Of a DNA stretch of 64,000 nt, positions 50,880 to 61,372 are shown one piece after another (the stretch's first letter is position 1; each line of letters begins with the position of its first letter). The DNA lies in assembly GCA_029866025.1 (NCBI GenBank), contig JARXAD010000001.1, positions 229,873 through 293,872 on the forward strand. Direction: 5' to 3'. The notes under the pieces are model-generated. The model had not been told where the DNA came from. It made no database searches and saw only the letters and a list, made by a program, of their open reading frames with translations. Both the position numbers and the translations under genes were made by a program. Source of the DNA: Vampirovibrionales bacterium. Lineage in GTDB: Bacteria; Cyanobacteriota; Vampirovibrionia; Vampirovibrionales; Vampirovibrionaceae.

Positions 50880-51314
50880 TTCTAAAGGAATAATAAACTC
50901 TTAAGAGTCTCTTAAGTCTGCTCTAAAAGGGTCAATTTTGATGAAGTGGGTGTTTTTATATAAGTATCAGGGTTTAGGAAAATGGAGGGGCTGAAACAAA
51001 AGCCCCACAAGAGGAACTAGAAGCAGAGAATCGACCAAAAACAACAAAATAAACCAACCAACAAAACTAAAAATAAACCAAGACCAAACCAAAACCGATT
51101 AAGCGGTAGGAGCGAGTGGAAAACCCCCTAAATTATTGAATAGAGAGAGATTATTTTAACCGAGAGCCATCAAAAATTACCCAACCCATAACCCGTTATT
51201 GTTGATAGTTTAAGCCACCTGTACTTGTTGAGCGTTAAGGAGATGTGGCCACTGGCGCCATCCATCACAATTCAATACAGCCAGCCTTTACGTAAGGGTG
51301 GCTAAAGCATACCC

Positions 51315-51345
51315 AACGCACGATCTGACCGGTCGTGCGTTTTTG
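51315..51345 (+). terminator. Terminator-like hairpin plus T5 tract immediately upstream of the decarboxylase RBS (putative attenuator)
   Basis: aacGCACGATCtgaccGGTCGTGCgttttt. The RBS GGAAGG and ATG (51359) follow within 15 nt. Confidence 0.45.
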
Positions 51346-51358
51346 CTATGTTGGAAGG

Positions 51359-52843
51359 ATGAGCCCTTCTTCTCCTAAACCACCCATTGCACAAGCGCTG
51401 GATGCCTCTCAGTATGCGTCGGTGCGGTTCCATGTACCAGGCCACCAGGGGCGAAGCCCCTTAGGAAAAGCAAGCCCTGGTGTTGGTTTGGACTGGCTGA
51501 TCAATGATCTCACCGAGCTAGACACCCTGGACGATTTAGCCCACCCCAGTGGCTGTGTGGCCGATTCTCAGCAACAAGCTGCTTTTTTATATGGTGTAGG
51601 GCATAGTTTTTATCTGTCGGGTGGTAGTACTTTGGGGCTTCAAGCGGCTTTGTTGGCTTTGGCTAAACCTCATGAGGTCATTCTTCTCCCTCGGACAGCA
51701 CATCGCGCTATTGTTCATGGATTGATACTCACGGGAGCTTTTCCCGCTTGGTTTTTCCCGCAATTAAATCCTCATTGGGGTGTCTGGCAAGGCGTCTCCC
51801 TTCACGATGTTGTTACTGCCCACAAAGGCAATCCTCAAGTCACAGGCATAGTCATTCCGTCGCCTACGTATGAAGGCTTTGCCAGTGAGGTGAAAGCCAT
51901 TGCAGACTATTGCCAGCAGCATGGGCTATGGCTGGTGGTGGATGAAGCCCACGGAAGCCTGCTACCCGTATACCCAACCCTTTCGGTAGCTAAATCATTG
52001 CCGGTATCAGCCACACAAACAGCGGCCACGGTGGTGATTCAGTCTCTTCACAAGGGCGCGGGAGCGATTACCCCTGCGGCCATTGCACACTTGCCCAAGC
52101 ACTCCACCCTCTCGCCGCAACGATTCCAACAGGCCTTGAACGTGCTGCAAACCAGCAGCCCATCGTGGCCCTTGTTAGCCAACAGTGAAGCTTGTACGCG
52201 CTGGCTGTGGAGTCCCAACGCTCAAGAACACCTGAATTATTTGATACAAAGGGTTAATGAACAGGCACGTCGGGTGAATAACGCAGAAATAGGGTTTGAG
52301 TGGTATGTCTCTAACAAAAGCACCCATGACCCACTGGCGATTCTGATTCGTCACGGCCATTTACCCCCGGCAATATGGGCTTGTGAGATAGAGGCCACTG
52401 TGGGTATTGCCTATGAGTCTTTGAACACTCACAGCGCGTTGTATAAAGTTGGCTTGGGTGCCACGCCTGAGGATATTAAAGCCTTGGCCAATGCTTTGTT
52501 GGCATACCAGCCCCAAGATAGTTCGGAAGGTTATGCATTACTGACTCAGCCCTTTGATGCTGCCAGTCTTCCACCACCACAGGTGGTCCTATGCCCACGA
52601 GAGGCGTGGCTATCGGATCACGAAACAGTGCCTTTATTTGCGGCCGTGGGTCGCATTGCCGCCGAAACCTACGCGCCCTGTCCTCCAGGCGTTCCGTTGT
52701 GGGCCCCAGGTGAACGTATTCAGCCAGGGCATCTTTCCGCGTGGAAAGGTCTGGAACCTTGTGAAAGCGATGAAAAATCTGTTGTTGAACCTTCCCACGA
52801 TCCGCCGGACGTGATCGTGGTGCGCGAGGGGGCCTTGCGTTAG
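51359..52843 (+). CDS. Orn/Lys/Arg decarboxylase-family PLP enzyme (fold type I)
   Basis: PLP-lysine region QSLHKGAGAIT. About 495 aa with a C-terminal OKR_DC-like domain. RBS GGAAGG. Confidence 0.7.
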   Translation: MSPSSPKPPIAQALDASQYASVRFHVPGHQGRSPLGKASPGVGLDWLINDLTELDTLDDLAHPSGCVADSQQQAAFLYGVGHSFYLSGGSTLGLQAALLALAKPHEVILLPRTAHRAIVHGLILTGAFPAWFFPQLNPHWGVWQGVSLHDVVTAHKGNPQVTGIVIPSPTYEGFASEVKAIADYCQQHGLWLVVDEAHGSLLPVYPTLSVAKSLPVSATQTAATVVIQSLHKGAGAITPAAIAHLPKHSTLSPQRFQQALNVLQTSSPSWPLLANSEACTRWLWSPNAQEHLNYLIQRVNEQARRVNNAEIGFEWYVSNKSTHDPLAILIRHGHLPPAIWACEIEATVGIAYESLNTHSALYKVGLGATPEDIKALANALLAYQPQDSSEGYALLTQPFDAASLPPPQVVLCPREAWLSDHETVPLFAAVGRIAAETYAPCPPGVPLWAPGERIQPGHLSAWKGLEPCESDEKSVVEPSHDPPDVIVVREGALR

Positions 52844-53008
52844 GCCTGTTAGCGCGTACAATCGATAGACTTTGATTCATACACGATCAGGCTTTTTGTC
52901 GGTTCGCTTGTGACCTTTCTTAACATTTGATGCTCTGTTAATCGCCCTGTTCATTATTTTCTGTTGTTATTTCACGCGTTATTTACGCAAACTTTAAAAG
53001 GAACACCA

Positions 53009-53854
53009 ATGTCCGCGCCAACAACCGCCAGTGCTACCCCGACCACCGCGTCCCTCGAAACCTTGATGGAGGCCGGTGTCCACTTTGGCCACAAAACCAG
53101 TCGTTGGAACCCTAAAATGCGTCGCTTCATCTGGGGCAAGCGCAACGGTATTCATATTCTCGATTTAACTCAAACCACCGTGTTGTTGGACAAAGCCTTG
53201 GCCTTCTTGTCGGATTCTGCCGCCAAGGGTAAGAAAATTGTGTTTGTAGGCACCAAAAAACAGGCCTCGCCTCTCATTGCGGAAGCCGCCGAGCAATCCA
53301 GCTCGTATTTCATCAACCGTCGCTGGTTGGGTGGCTTACTCACCAACTTTGAAACCATTCGTACCCGTATTGCCCGTTTGCGTGATTTGGAAGACATGGA
53401 GCATAACGGCATTTTTGACCGTCTCCACAAAAAAGAAGTAAGCACCTTGAATAAAGAAAAAGCCAAGCTGGAAAAAAGTTTGGGCGGCATTAAAACCATG
53501 CGCGGCTTGCCCGATGTCCTCATTGTGGTGGACGTGGTGCGTGAAAGCCTCGCTGTGGAAGAAGCCATTAAGGCCGGTATTCCAGTGGTGGCCCTGGTGG
53601 ATAGCAACTGCGACCCTACCGGCATTACCTACCCCATTCCCGCCAACGATGATGCCATTCGCTCCATTAAATTGCTTATTGGGTTGATGTCGGACGCCAT
53701 TGTGTCGGGCCGTCAGCAACGCGAGAAAAAAGTGGGCGGTGCCAGCATTAGCACCGAAGAAATGGCCAAGCCCGCTGCAAAGCCTGAAGCTCCCAAAGAA
53801 TTGGCGGCCGTCGGTTCTACCAGCGTTGCTACAGAAGCCCCTGCTGCTGAATAG
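53009..53854 (+). CDS. rpsB: 30S ribosomal protein S2 (with low-complexity C-terminal tail)
   Basis: [15 protein letters not shown] signature. Confidence 0.9.
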   Translation: MSAPTTASATPTTASLETLMEAGVHFGHKTSRWNPKMRRFIWGKRNGIHILDLTQTTVLLDKALAFLSDSAAKGKKIVFVGTKKQASPLIAEAAEQSSSYFINRRWLGGLLTNFETIRTRIARLRDLEDMEHNGIFDRLHKKEVSTLNKEKAKLEKSLGGIKTMRGLPDVLIVVDVVRESLAVEEAIKAGIPVVALVDSNCDPTGITYPIPANDDAIRSIKLLIGLMSDAIVSGRQQREKKVGGASISTEEMAKPAAKPEAPKELAAVGSTSVATEAPAAE

Positions 53855-53903
53855 CATTGTGTTACTCAATTTTTAAGTTTGCTTTTTTAGGAGAACGCCT
53901 CAA

Positions 53904-54833
53904 ATGATTACGGCTGCTCAGGTTAAAGAACTTCGCGAGCGCTCGGGTGCTGGCATGATGGATGCCAAAAACGCCTTGGTGGAAGCCGAAGGCGATATGG
54001 ACAAAGCCATGGAAGTGTTGCGCCAAAAAGGCTTGGCCACCGCTGCCAAGAAAAGTGGCCGCACCGCTGCCGAAGGCCAAGTTTGTGCTGCTTTGAGTCC
54101 CGATGCCCAACAGGGTGTGGTGGTGGAAGTGAACTGCGAAACCGACTTTGTGGCTAAAGGTGATCCCTTTACCGAGTTGGCTCAACAGCTAACCGAACAA
54201 GCCCTTACCGATGGTGCCGACGGTCTGGAAAGCTTGCTTGCCAAGCCTGCCACAACCGCTCCCAGCGGTTCGGTGCGTGATTTCATTACTGAAAAAATCG
54301 TTCAAATCAAAGAAAACATGTCCTTGCGTCGTCTCTCCCACTACAGCGTGAGTGGCACCGGCTCAGTGGCCAAATACATCCACACCGGTGGTAAAATTGG
54401 TGTGCTTACCGAATTTGGCTATACCAATGCAGCCACCAAAGGCCATGATGCTTTTGTGCAACTGAGCAAAGACATTTGCATGCAAATTGCCAGTTTTGGT
54501 GCCGAATTTGTTACCATGGATGAAATTCCTGCGGATGTCATTGCCGAAGAAACCCGCATTGAAATGGGCAAAGAAGACTTGCAAAACAAGCCTGAAAACA
54601 TTCGGGAAAATATCGTGAAAGGTCGCGTTCAAAAGCAATTAGCCCAAAAAGTATTGCTGGAACAGCCCTTTGTGAAAGATCCCAGCCTAACGGTGAAGGA
54701 TTATTTAGCCACGGTGTCTAAAACCACGGGCGATACCCTTTCTGTTTCTCGCTTTACCCGCTACACCTTGGGTGAAGGCATTGAAAAAGAAGTCACCGAC
54801 TTTGCTGCTGAGGTCATGGCCCAGCTTCGTTAA
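53904..54833 (+). CDS. tsf: Elongation factor Ts
   Basis: MITAAQVKELRERSGAGMMDAKNAL. RBS AGGAGA. Confidence 0.9.
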   Translation: MITAAQVKELRERSGAGMMDAKNALVEAEGDMDKAMEVLRQKGLATAAKKSGRTAAEGQVCAALSPDAQQGVVVEVNCETDFVAKGDPFTELAQQLTEQALTDGADGLESLLAKPATTAPSGSVRDFITEKIVQIKENMSLRRLSHYSVSGTGSVAKYIHTGGKIGVLTEFGYTNAATKGHDAFVQLSKDICMQIASFGAEFVTMDEIPADVIAEETRIEMGKEDLQNKPENIRENIVKGRVQKQLAQKVLLEQPFVKDPSLTVKDYLATVSKTTGDTLSVSRFTRYTLGEGIEKEVTDFAAEVMAQLR

Positions 54834-54847
54834 TCGTTTTTATTCCA

Positions 54848-54874
54848 GGCGCTCCCAGTGAGCGCCTTTTTTTT
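54848..54874 (+). terminator. Rho-independent terminator after tsf
   Basis: GGCGCTC-ccagt-GAGCGCC followed by T8. Confidence 0.7.
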
Positions 54875-54910
54875 AGCTTGTTTACTATTGTCTGTATCAA
54901 AGGTTTTCTG

Positions 54911-55672
54911 ATGACTCCTCCCGCTTCTACCCCTATCTACAAAAGAATCCTCCTTAAGATCAGTGGCGAAGCCTTGATGGGTGGCCAAGGATTTGGTATT
55001 GACCCGGTGATTCTAGACACCGTGGCTGGTAACATTGCCAAAGCCGCAGAGCTGGGTGTGCAAATTGCCATTGTGGTGGGTGGCGGCAATATTTTTAGAG
55101 GGGTACAGAACAGCAGTAAACTGGGCTTGGACCGTGCTGCCGCCGATTACGTGGGCATGCTGGCTACCGTGATGAACGCGTTGGTATTGCAAGGCATTTT
55201 GAAGAAAAAGGGCGTGGATTGCCGCATGATGAGTGCTATGGATATCAATCGCGTGGCAGAGCCTTACATTCGTTTACGCGCTGTGCGCCATTTGGAAAAA
55301 GGCCGCGTGGTAATTTTTGGGGGAGGTACAGGGAATCCGTTTTTCTCCACCGATACCACCAGTGCTTTGCGGGCGGCGGAAATTACCGCTGATTGCATTC
55401 TCATGGCCAAAAATGGCGTGGATGGCGTGTACGACAAAGACCCCAAACAACACGCCGATGCCAAAAAATACAGTACCCTCACCTATGATGACGTACTGGT
55501 GAAAGATCTGAAAGTCATGGATCAAACGGCCATTAGCTTGTGTAAAGATACTGGCTTGCCCATTATTGTGTTTGATTTTAACGATACTCAGGCCTTGGGG
55601 GCTATTTTGTGTGGCCAACACAATGGCACCGTTATTTGCCACGCCAAGGCAAAAACGCCTTGTGCCGTGTAA
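54911..55672 (+). CDS. pyrH: UMP kinase
   Basis: YKRILLKISGEALMG and GGGNIFRG motifs. Confidence 0.9.
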   Translation: MTPPASTPIYKRILLKISGEALMGGQGFGIDPVILDTVAGNIAKAAELGVQIAIVVGGGNIFRGVQNSSKLGLDRAAADYVGMLATVMNALVLQGILKKKGVDCRMMSAMDINRVAEPYIRLRAVRHLEKGRVVIFGGGTGNPFFSTDTTSALRAAEITADCILMAKNGVDGVYDKDPKQHADAKKYSTLTYDDVLVKDLKVMDQTAISLCKDTGLPIIVFDFNDTQALGAILCGQHNGTVICHAKAKTPCAV

Positions 55673-55751
55673 AAACTAGGTTTAGCGGGGCGCTTTTCTT
55701 AATCCTTGCAAACCTGTTGTATTGATCTGAGAATAGAAGCAGCCATTGGCT

Positions 55752-55837
55752 GTGGGCGAGTGGCGGAATGGTAGACGCGCTAGTCTTAGGAACTAGTAGA
55801 GCAATCTGTGGGGGTTCGAGTCCCTTCTCGCCCACCA
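55752..55837 (+). tRNA. tRNA-Leu (anticodon TAG), long variable arm
   Basis: GTGGGCGAGTGGCGGAATGGTAGACGCGCTAGTCTTAGGAACTAGTAGAGCAATCTGTGGGGGTTCGAGTCCCTTCTCGCCCACCA. Acceptor stem 7 bp. Anticodon loop CTTAGGA. Confidence 0.85.
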
Positions 55838-55958
55838 TCCAATAAGGGAGTTACAATACTTTAATCGTCAACCTCTTTTTCTGATTACAATAGAGATCAT
55901 AGACTCCCCTACTGTTACCTTTCCGAAGTATCCTCTTTGCTGTAAAGATGCCTTTTTT

Positions 55959-57875
55959 ATGACCATTACTCTTGCCAATATTTCGAAGAATTTTACGAGC
56001 AAGCCACTGTTTGACAAATTGAACTTGCAACTGGACGTGGACAGCCGCATTGGCCTCATTGGCCGTAACGGTATGGGAAAATCCACCTTGCTAAAAATGA
56101 TTATGGGGGATTTGGAGCCCGATGAAGGCAGCGTGAAATGTACCCCCGGCATGCGGGTGAGTTATCTCTCCCAAGAGCCAAAGATTACCCCCCACCTTAG
56201 CCTGGAAGAAGACATGCGGACGGTGTTTAGTGGGCTAAAAGACCTGCACGACGAAGAACAGACTTTGTTGCAAAAAATGGGTACCACGCCTCACGATTCG
56301 CCCGAATACACAGCCATTGCGGATCGGCTGGATCGGGTGCATCAAGCGTTAGAACGCTATGACGAAAACACCATTGATGCCCGCATTGGCAAAATTTTAA
56401 ACGGTCTGGGCTTCAGTTTGGCAGATCATGACCGAAAAACCGGCGATTTTAGCGGTGGCTGGCAAATGCGCATTAACTTGGCCAAAGTATTGTTGGAAGG
56501 CGCCGAGTTTATTTTGCTGGATGAACCGACGAACCACTTGGACATTGAAGCCATTGAGTGGCTGGAAGATTACCTAAAAACGTACCCCGGTGGACTGGTC
56601 TTGGTCTCCCACGATCAACGGTTTTTGGATGAAATTTGTACCGAAATAGGGGAGTTGGACAATCGTACCATTACGGTTTGGGCAGGCAATTACACCACCT
56701 ATGTAATGAACAAAGAGCTGGCTGTGGAGCAACAAACCGCCGCTTACGAGCGCCAGCAAAAAGAATTGGCCAAGCAAACTGCTTTTGTGGAGCGTTTTAA
56801 AGCCAGTGCCAGCCGTGGTACTCAGGCCAAAAGCCGTGAGAAACAGCTGGAAAAAATTGAACGCATCGAAATGCCTACCACCTCATCAACCAAGGCCATG
56901 AAGTTGTCGTTTCCCCCCATTACCCCCAGCGGTAAAGAGGTGTTGAGCTTTGAAAAATTGAGCAAATCTTTTGGCGATAAACATTTGTTTAACAACATTG
57001 AGGGCAAATTGCTGCGCCAAGAACGGGTGTTTATTTTGGGCGCCAACGGAACAGGAAAAACCACGTTGCTGCAATTGTTGATGCAATTGGAACCTGCCGA
57101 CAGTGGCACGGTAAACTGGGGCCACCAAGTCCAGTTGGGTTATTTTTCTCAAAACCAGTTGGAAAGCCTAGACCCCGAAAAATCCGCCTTTGATACCTTG
57201 CACGATGCTTGCCCCAAAATGAACCACACGGAAGTGCGTACCTTGCTAGGCCGTTTTTTGCTGTCGGGTGATCAGGTGTTTAAGCCTGCCAAAGTGCTAA
57301 GTGGCGGGGAAAAAAGTAAGTTGGCCTTGGCCGTATTGCTGGTATCGGGCCCCAACACCCTTATTTTGGATGAACCCACCAACCACATGGATATTCCGTC
57401 CAAAAATGTGTTGCTGGAAGCCTTTCAGGCCTTTGAAGGCACCATTTTGTGTATTTCTCACGACAGGAACTTGATTGAAAACCTGGCCACCGATATTTGG
57501 GAGCTGGTAGACAACAAGCTGATTATGTATGGCGGCGATTACCACCACTACAAAGCCAAACGTGTCCTAATGCATGAGGTGGTAACGGGATCGTCCAAAG
57601 GGGCGGCCAGCGCCAAAATGTTTGTGGACCCAGAACCTGCCAAAGCGGGTGTGACGGTGAACCGCAAAACCATTGAAAAACAGTTAAAAGCGGTGGAAAA
57701 AAAGCTAAGCAACGCAGAAAAAGACATTGCTGCCATTGAAACTCAGATGGCCGATCCGGCTATTCAAAGTGATTATGCAGCCCTAACGGCCACCACGGAA
57801 CAGCTGGCAGAAAAACAAGACCGCCTTAAAGAGCTGCAAGACCAGTGGGATAGCCTGACGGCTCAACTGGGGTAA
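55959..57875 (+). CDS. ABC-F family ATPase (tandem NBDs, no TMD; translation-factor type)
   Basis: Two Walker A sites (GRNGMGKST; GANGTGKTT), two LSGG signatures, inter-domain linker and C-terminal coiled coil. Confidence 0.8.
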   Translation: MTITLANISKNFTSKPLFDKLNLQLDVDSRIGLIGRNGMGKSTLLKMIMGDLEPDEGSVKCTPGMRVSYLSQEPKITPHLSLEEDMRTVFSGLKDLHDEEQTLLQKMGTTPHDSPEYTAIADRLDRVHQALERYDENTIDARIGKILNGLGFSLADHDRKTGDFSGGWQMRINLAKVLLEGAEFILLDEPTNHLDIEAIEWLEDYLKTYPGGLVLVSHDQRFLDEICTEIGELDNRTITVWAGNYTTYVMNKELAVEQQTAAYERQQKELAKQTAFVERFKASASRGTQAKSREKQLEKIERIEMPTTSSTKAMKLSFPPITPSGKEVLSFEKLSKSFGDKHLFNNIEGKLLRQERVFILGANGTGKTTLLQLLMQLEPADSGTVNWGHQVQLGYFSQNQLESLDPEKSAFDTLHDACPKMNHTEVRTLLGRFLLSGDQVFKPAKVLSGGEKSKLALAVLLVSGPNTLILDEPTNHMDIPSKNVLLEAFQAFEGTILCISHDRNLIENLATDIWELVDNKLIMYGGDYHHYKAKRVLMHEVVTGSSKGAASAKMFVDPEPAKAGVTVNRKTIEKQLKAVEKKLSNAEKDIAAIETQMADPAIQSDYAALTATTEQLAEKQDRLKELQDQWDSLTAQLG

Positions 57876-57968
57876 GTTATTTTGCTAACCCCCCTCAGCT
57901 AACCGGGAATACTTACCTCGCTTAAACAAGGCGTAGGCTTCTAACATTATAGAGATTGACGCCACAAA

Positions 57969-58850
57969 TTACTTGATAAACCCAGCTTGCTGGGGCCAGC
58001 CAAAGTGGAGGAGGTTGGGTTGGTGGCGGTGGCCTTGCACCACGGCGCAGGCGTCAATGCACTCGCCGCAATTCCAGCAGCCTCTAAATTCGCCCACTTT
58101 CAGCAAGTCAGCGCGGGGGTCAATATCCACGGGACACACTTGTTGGCAGCCAGTGCAGGTGCCGCATTGGGTTTTATTCGCATCGCCGGCGTAGGCAATT
58201 TCCATGGGTGTAAACAGCGGATTCTGATAAGCCGAAAAGGCTTGGGCCATGCCATAGGGGCAGGCACTGCGGCAAAAATGGTGGCCAGCGGCAATCAAAA
58301 ATACTCCAATAAGGGTAAACAGCCCTTGCCCCATCACCAAGGTGGGGTTCCATTGGCCGGTTTTAAAGCCGTCCAATAAAAAATGCCACGGCAATACGCT
58401 GTGAAACAACAAATACGTGAGCCCATAAGGAATAGCCAACGCCAATATGCTGGCAAGGCCTTGGGTATAGGGCTTGGTGCGAGGGTAAGTGTTCCACATG
58501 CGGCTCTGCCACGGTTGGGGTTTTTCTAGCCCCAAGGCCCCCCGTATGGGGCGTGTCCATTCTGTAAGAATGTTGTGAGGGCATGCCCAGCCACAAAAAA
58601 TTCGCCCCAACACAGCGGTGGCTAGGGCAATGATGAGCACCAGCGCGTAAAAACCAAAGGGCAGCCACATGGCGTTTTTTAGGCTAAAGGGTAGGGCGTG
58701 GCCAAAGTAGATAATCTGTTGGCTCAGCATGTCTACGCGCACCCAATCCAGCGCAGGGCCTAAAAAAAAGGCGCTCCAAGCCAACGGGTGAACCACCCAC
58801 GGGCGAAGGGTATGGAAGGGAAATTTGAAGGGATTAACTGGGATTTTCAC
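57969..58850 (-). CDS. Membrane-bound polyferredoxin (NapH/MauN/CcoG-like, 4Fe-4S)
   Basis: CGWACP, CGTCTGCQQVCP and CWNCGECIDAC cysteine clusters, plus TM helices. GTG start. Confidence 0.6.
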   Translation of the reverse strand: MKIPVNPFKFPFHTLRPWVVHPLAWSAFFLGPALDWVRVDMLSQQIIYFGHALPFSLKNAMWLPFGFYALVLIIALATAVLGRIFCGWACPHNILTEWTRPIRGALGLEKPQPWQSRMWNTYPRTKPYTQGLASILALAIPYGLTYLLFHSVLPWHFLLDGFKTGQWNPTLVMGQGLFTLIGVFLIAAGHHFCRSACPYGMAQAFSAYQNPLFTPMEIAYAGDANKTQCGTCTGCQQVCPVDIDPRADLLKVGEFRGCWNCGECIDACAVVQGHRHQPNLLHFGWPQQAGFIK

Positions 58851-58880
58851 GGAAGCACGGGCTCTTGGGTCATTAACAAT

Positions 58881-59849
58881 TTAAAGAACAAGGGATGTGA
58901 CGATGTGAGGCGCGTCTTGGGTAGGAAGGGATCGATACCACGTGAGGGTGTCCATAGGACGGCGGTTTTCAGGGTGGACTTGGGTAATTTCCAGCACTGT
59001 ATTGTTGCCGCAGGCCAGTAACATGCCGGCGGTGCTTGCGCTAAGTACGGTGCCAGAAGGGCTGGAATGATCATGGTTTGGAATGACGGTGCTGGCGATT
59101 AACTTTAACCGATTTCCTTGATGCATTACCGTGGTGCCTGGCCACGGTTGCAGGGCCCGGATGCGGCGCTCCACCACGTTGGCGGGTGCATTAAAATCCA
59201 CGGTACCATCGGCCTTGCTTAGCTTGGGGGCGTGGGTGGCGTGGGTATCCTGTTGGGGGGTGGGTGTTAGCGTTCCTGCCGAGAGCTGCTGCAAGGTGCT
59301 AATGAGCAACGGCCCTGCGGCCTCCGACAGTTTTTCGGTAAGCGTGGCTGTTGTATCGGTGGGGGTAATGGCTTGGGTATGGGTGAGGAGCATGGGGCCT
59401 GTGTCCACCCCCAACTCCGTTAGCATCGTAGTGAGGCCGGTTTCGGCATCACCATTAAGGATCGCCCACTGGATGGGGTTGGCCCCGCGGTATTGGGGCA
59501 GCAACGACGCATGGACGTTCACTGTGCCTAGCTTGGGTATGGCCAGCACCTCGGCATCCAATATTTGGCCAAAAGCAATGGTGACAAAAGTATCGGGGTT
59601 TAATTGTGCAAGCGTGGCCTTCAATGCGGTATCCATTCTTAGCCGCTGGGGTTTGTACACCGGAATGCCGGCTGCTTCGGCCACCACGGCTACTGGCGAG
59701 GGTGATAGTTTTTGGCCACGCCCTGAAGGGCGATCGGGCTGGGTGAGGACGGCTACCACCTCAAAATGCGCATCGGCTATTAACGACTGCAAGCACGGCA
59801 CCGAAAATTGAGGCGTGCCCATAAATACTACCCGTAAAGGAGTTGTCAT
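58881..59849 (-). CDS. fmt: Methionyl-tRNA formyltransferase
   Basis: RVVFMGTPQFSVPCL N-terminus; SLLPQYRG motif. SD AGAGGAG. Confidence 0.9.
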   Translation of the reverse strand: MTTPLRVVFMGTPQFSVPCLQSLIADAHFEVVAVLTQPDRPSGRGQKLSPSPVAVVAEAAGIPVYKPQRLRMDTALKATLAQLNPDTFVTIAFGQILDAEVLAIPKLGTVNVHASLLPQYRGANPIQWAILNGDAETGLTTMLTELGVDTGPMLLTHTQAITPTDTTATLTEKLSEAAGPLLISTLQQLSAGTLTPTPQQDTHATHAPKLSKADGTVDFNAPANVVERRIRALQPWPGTTVMHQGNRLKLIASTVIPNHDHSSPSGTVLSASTAGMLLACGNNTVLEITQVHPENRRPMDTLTWYRSLPTQDAPHIVTSLVL

Positions 59850-61372
59850 TTGTCTGCTCCTCTTTCTTGCCAGTTACCATTTTGTAGAAGCAGCCACTGC
59901 TCTGCTTCTTCCTGCGTGGAGAGTTCGCCCAGTAGTTGTTTGTCTCGTACAATTTTTAACAGGTTACCCAAGGCTGGGCCCGGAGGGATGCCTAGGAGTA
60001 CCATGACGTCTTTGCCACCGATCAAGGGCGGCTGCTCCAAGGCGGGTCGAAACTCACGGTAATCTTGCAGCAGGCCGTGGAGATCGCTGAGGTCTTGGGT
60101 CACTTGTTCATCGCTAAGGGCAGGGCCGCGCGTGCTGAGGCGATCCGCCAAGGCCAGTACCAACAAATCTTCGGTGCGGTGACCGAGGCGGCGATAAAAT
60201 CGTAGCAATGATTTGCGGGGGCTTTGGGGCGTAAAGGCGCACGGGTACAAGTGCCAACGCACCAACTGAGTCAAAGTTTGGGTCCAGTCGTTGCCCAGCT
60301 TAAAACGCTTGGCCATGGCCTTCGTTAGGTCCTCGCCCACGCGGTCGTGGCCATGAAAGGCGTGGCGACCGTCGTCTAAAATTTCGTGGGTGGCGGGTTT
60401 GCCAATATCGTGTAGCAGGCAGGCCCAGTGAATGAGGCCCTGACGGGTGATGCCGTTGCCTGTATACCCTTCGTGGAAGGGTACTTGGAGTTCGTTTTGT
60501 AGGGCGGTGGAAAGACTGGGAAACACGGTGGTTTCAGCTTGGTTCACCAGCTCCAAGGTGTGGTCCCACAAAGGCAAGTGGTGGTGGCTGTTGGGGGGAA
60601 TGGCGTGGGTTGGGGTAAGCTCTGGCAACAATACTTCCAGCAAGCCTGATTGGCCCATGGCCACCAGCCAAGGCCAACACGGTGGCGCACTCAGTAGTCG
60701 TAGCCACTCGGTGGTAATGCGCTCAGGGGCGGCGTTCCATAGCAACGCCGCGTGTTGTTTAATCCACCCTTGCGTCACCTCATCAATGGAACTTGCTTGT
60801 AGACATGCTGCTAGCCGATACACGCGCAGCAGGCGTAGGGGGTCGTCTATCAGGTTTTGCTTGCTAATGGCCCGAATAAGTCCGATGTGTAAATCATTGG
60901 CGCCTTGATACGGGTCGACAAATTCAGCAGTGTCACCATCCAACCGCATGGCCATTGCATTGACGCTCAGGTCGCGGCGGCTGAGGTCGTCGGTGATGGT
61001 CCCACCCTGACACGCGGCGACGTCTACGTAAATTATCCTCTCAGAGCCATCTTTTAAAACCACACGGTGCATGCCAAAGGCTTCGTGGAGAGGCACCAAG
61101 GTTCCTTGAAGCCGTGTTGCTAGGGTTCGAGAAAGCTGTTCGCAAAAATCGTTGATATTAGTTATGCCACAGGGCACCATGTCCCAATCGGTGCCTAATT
61201 TTCCAGTATGTAGGGCGTCTCGAACGGCGCCCCCCACCAGCCACAACGAGGCGTTAGGCGTTTTTTCCGTCATGGTTTGAAATAGGTGAACGACCTGTTG
61301 TAGTAACGGTTGTTTTTCAACAAGCCCTTTCAGGGTTTGGCTAGGCGAGGGTGGTGCGTTAACAAGCCTCAT
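59846..61372 (-). CDS. cca: CCA-adding tRNA nucleotidyltransferase with HD domain
   Basis: LVGGAVRDAL head motif. HD domain LHDIGKP. ATGA overlap with fmt. Confidence 0.8.
   Translation of the reverse strand: MRLVNAPPSPSQTLKGLVEKQPLLQQVVHLFQTMTEKTPNASLWLVGGAVRDALHTGKLGTDWDMVPCGITNINDFCEQLSRTLATRLQGTLVPLHEAFGMHRVVLKDGSERIIYVDVAACQGGTITDDLSRRDLSVNAMAMRLDGDTAEFVDPYQGANDLHIGLIRAISKQNLIDDPLRLLRVYRLAACLQASSIDEVTQGWIKQHAALLWNAAPERITTEWLRLLSAPPCWPWLVAMGQSGLLEVLLPELTPTHAIPPNSHHHLPLWDHTLELVNQAETTVFPSLSTALQNELQVPFHEGYTGNGITRQGLIHWACLLHDIGKPATHEILDDGRHAFHGHDRVGEDLTKAMAKRFKLGNDWTQTLTQLVRWHLYPCAFTPQSPRKSLLRFYRRLGHRTEDLLVLALADRLSTRGPALSDEQVTQDLSDLHGLLQDYREFRPALEQPPLIGGKDVMVLLGIPPGPALGNLLKIVRDKQLLGELSTQEEAEQWLLLQNGNWQERGADK

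Noticed and set aside
50990-51030. Possible 12-codon uORF (MEGLKQKPHKRN) in the decarboxylase leader
   Set aside because: The putative SD is only 2 nt from the ATG, too close to function. It is better explained as part of a structured leader.
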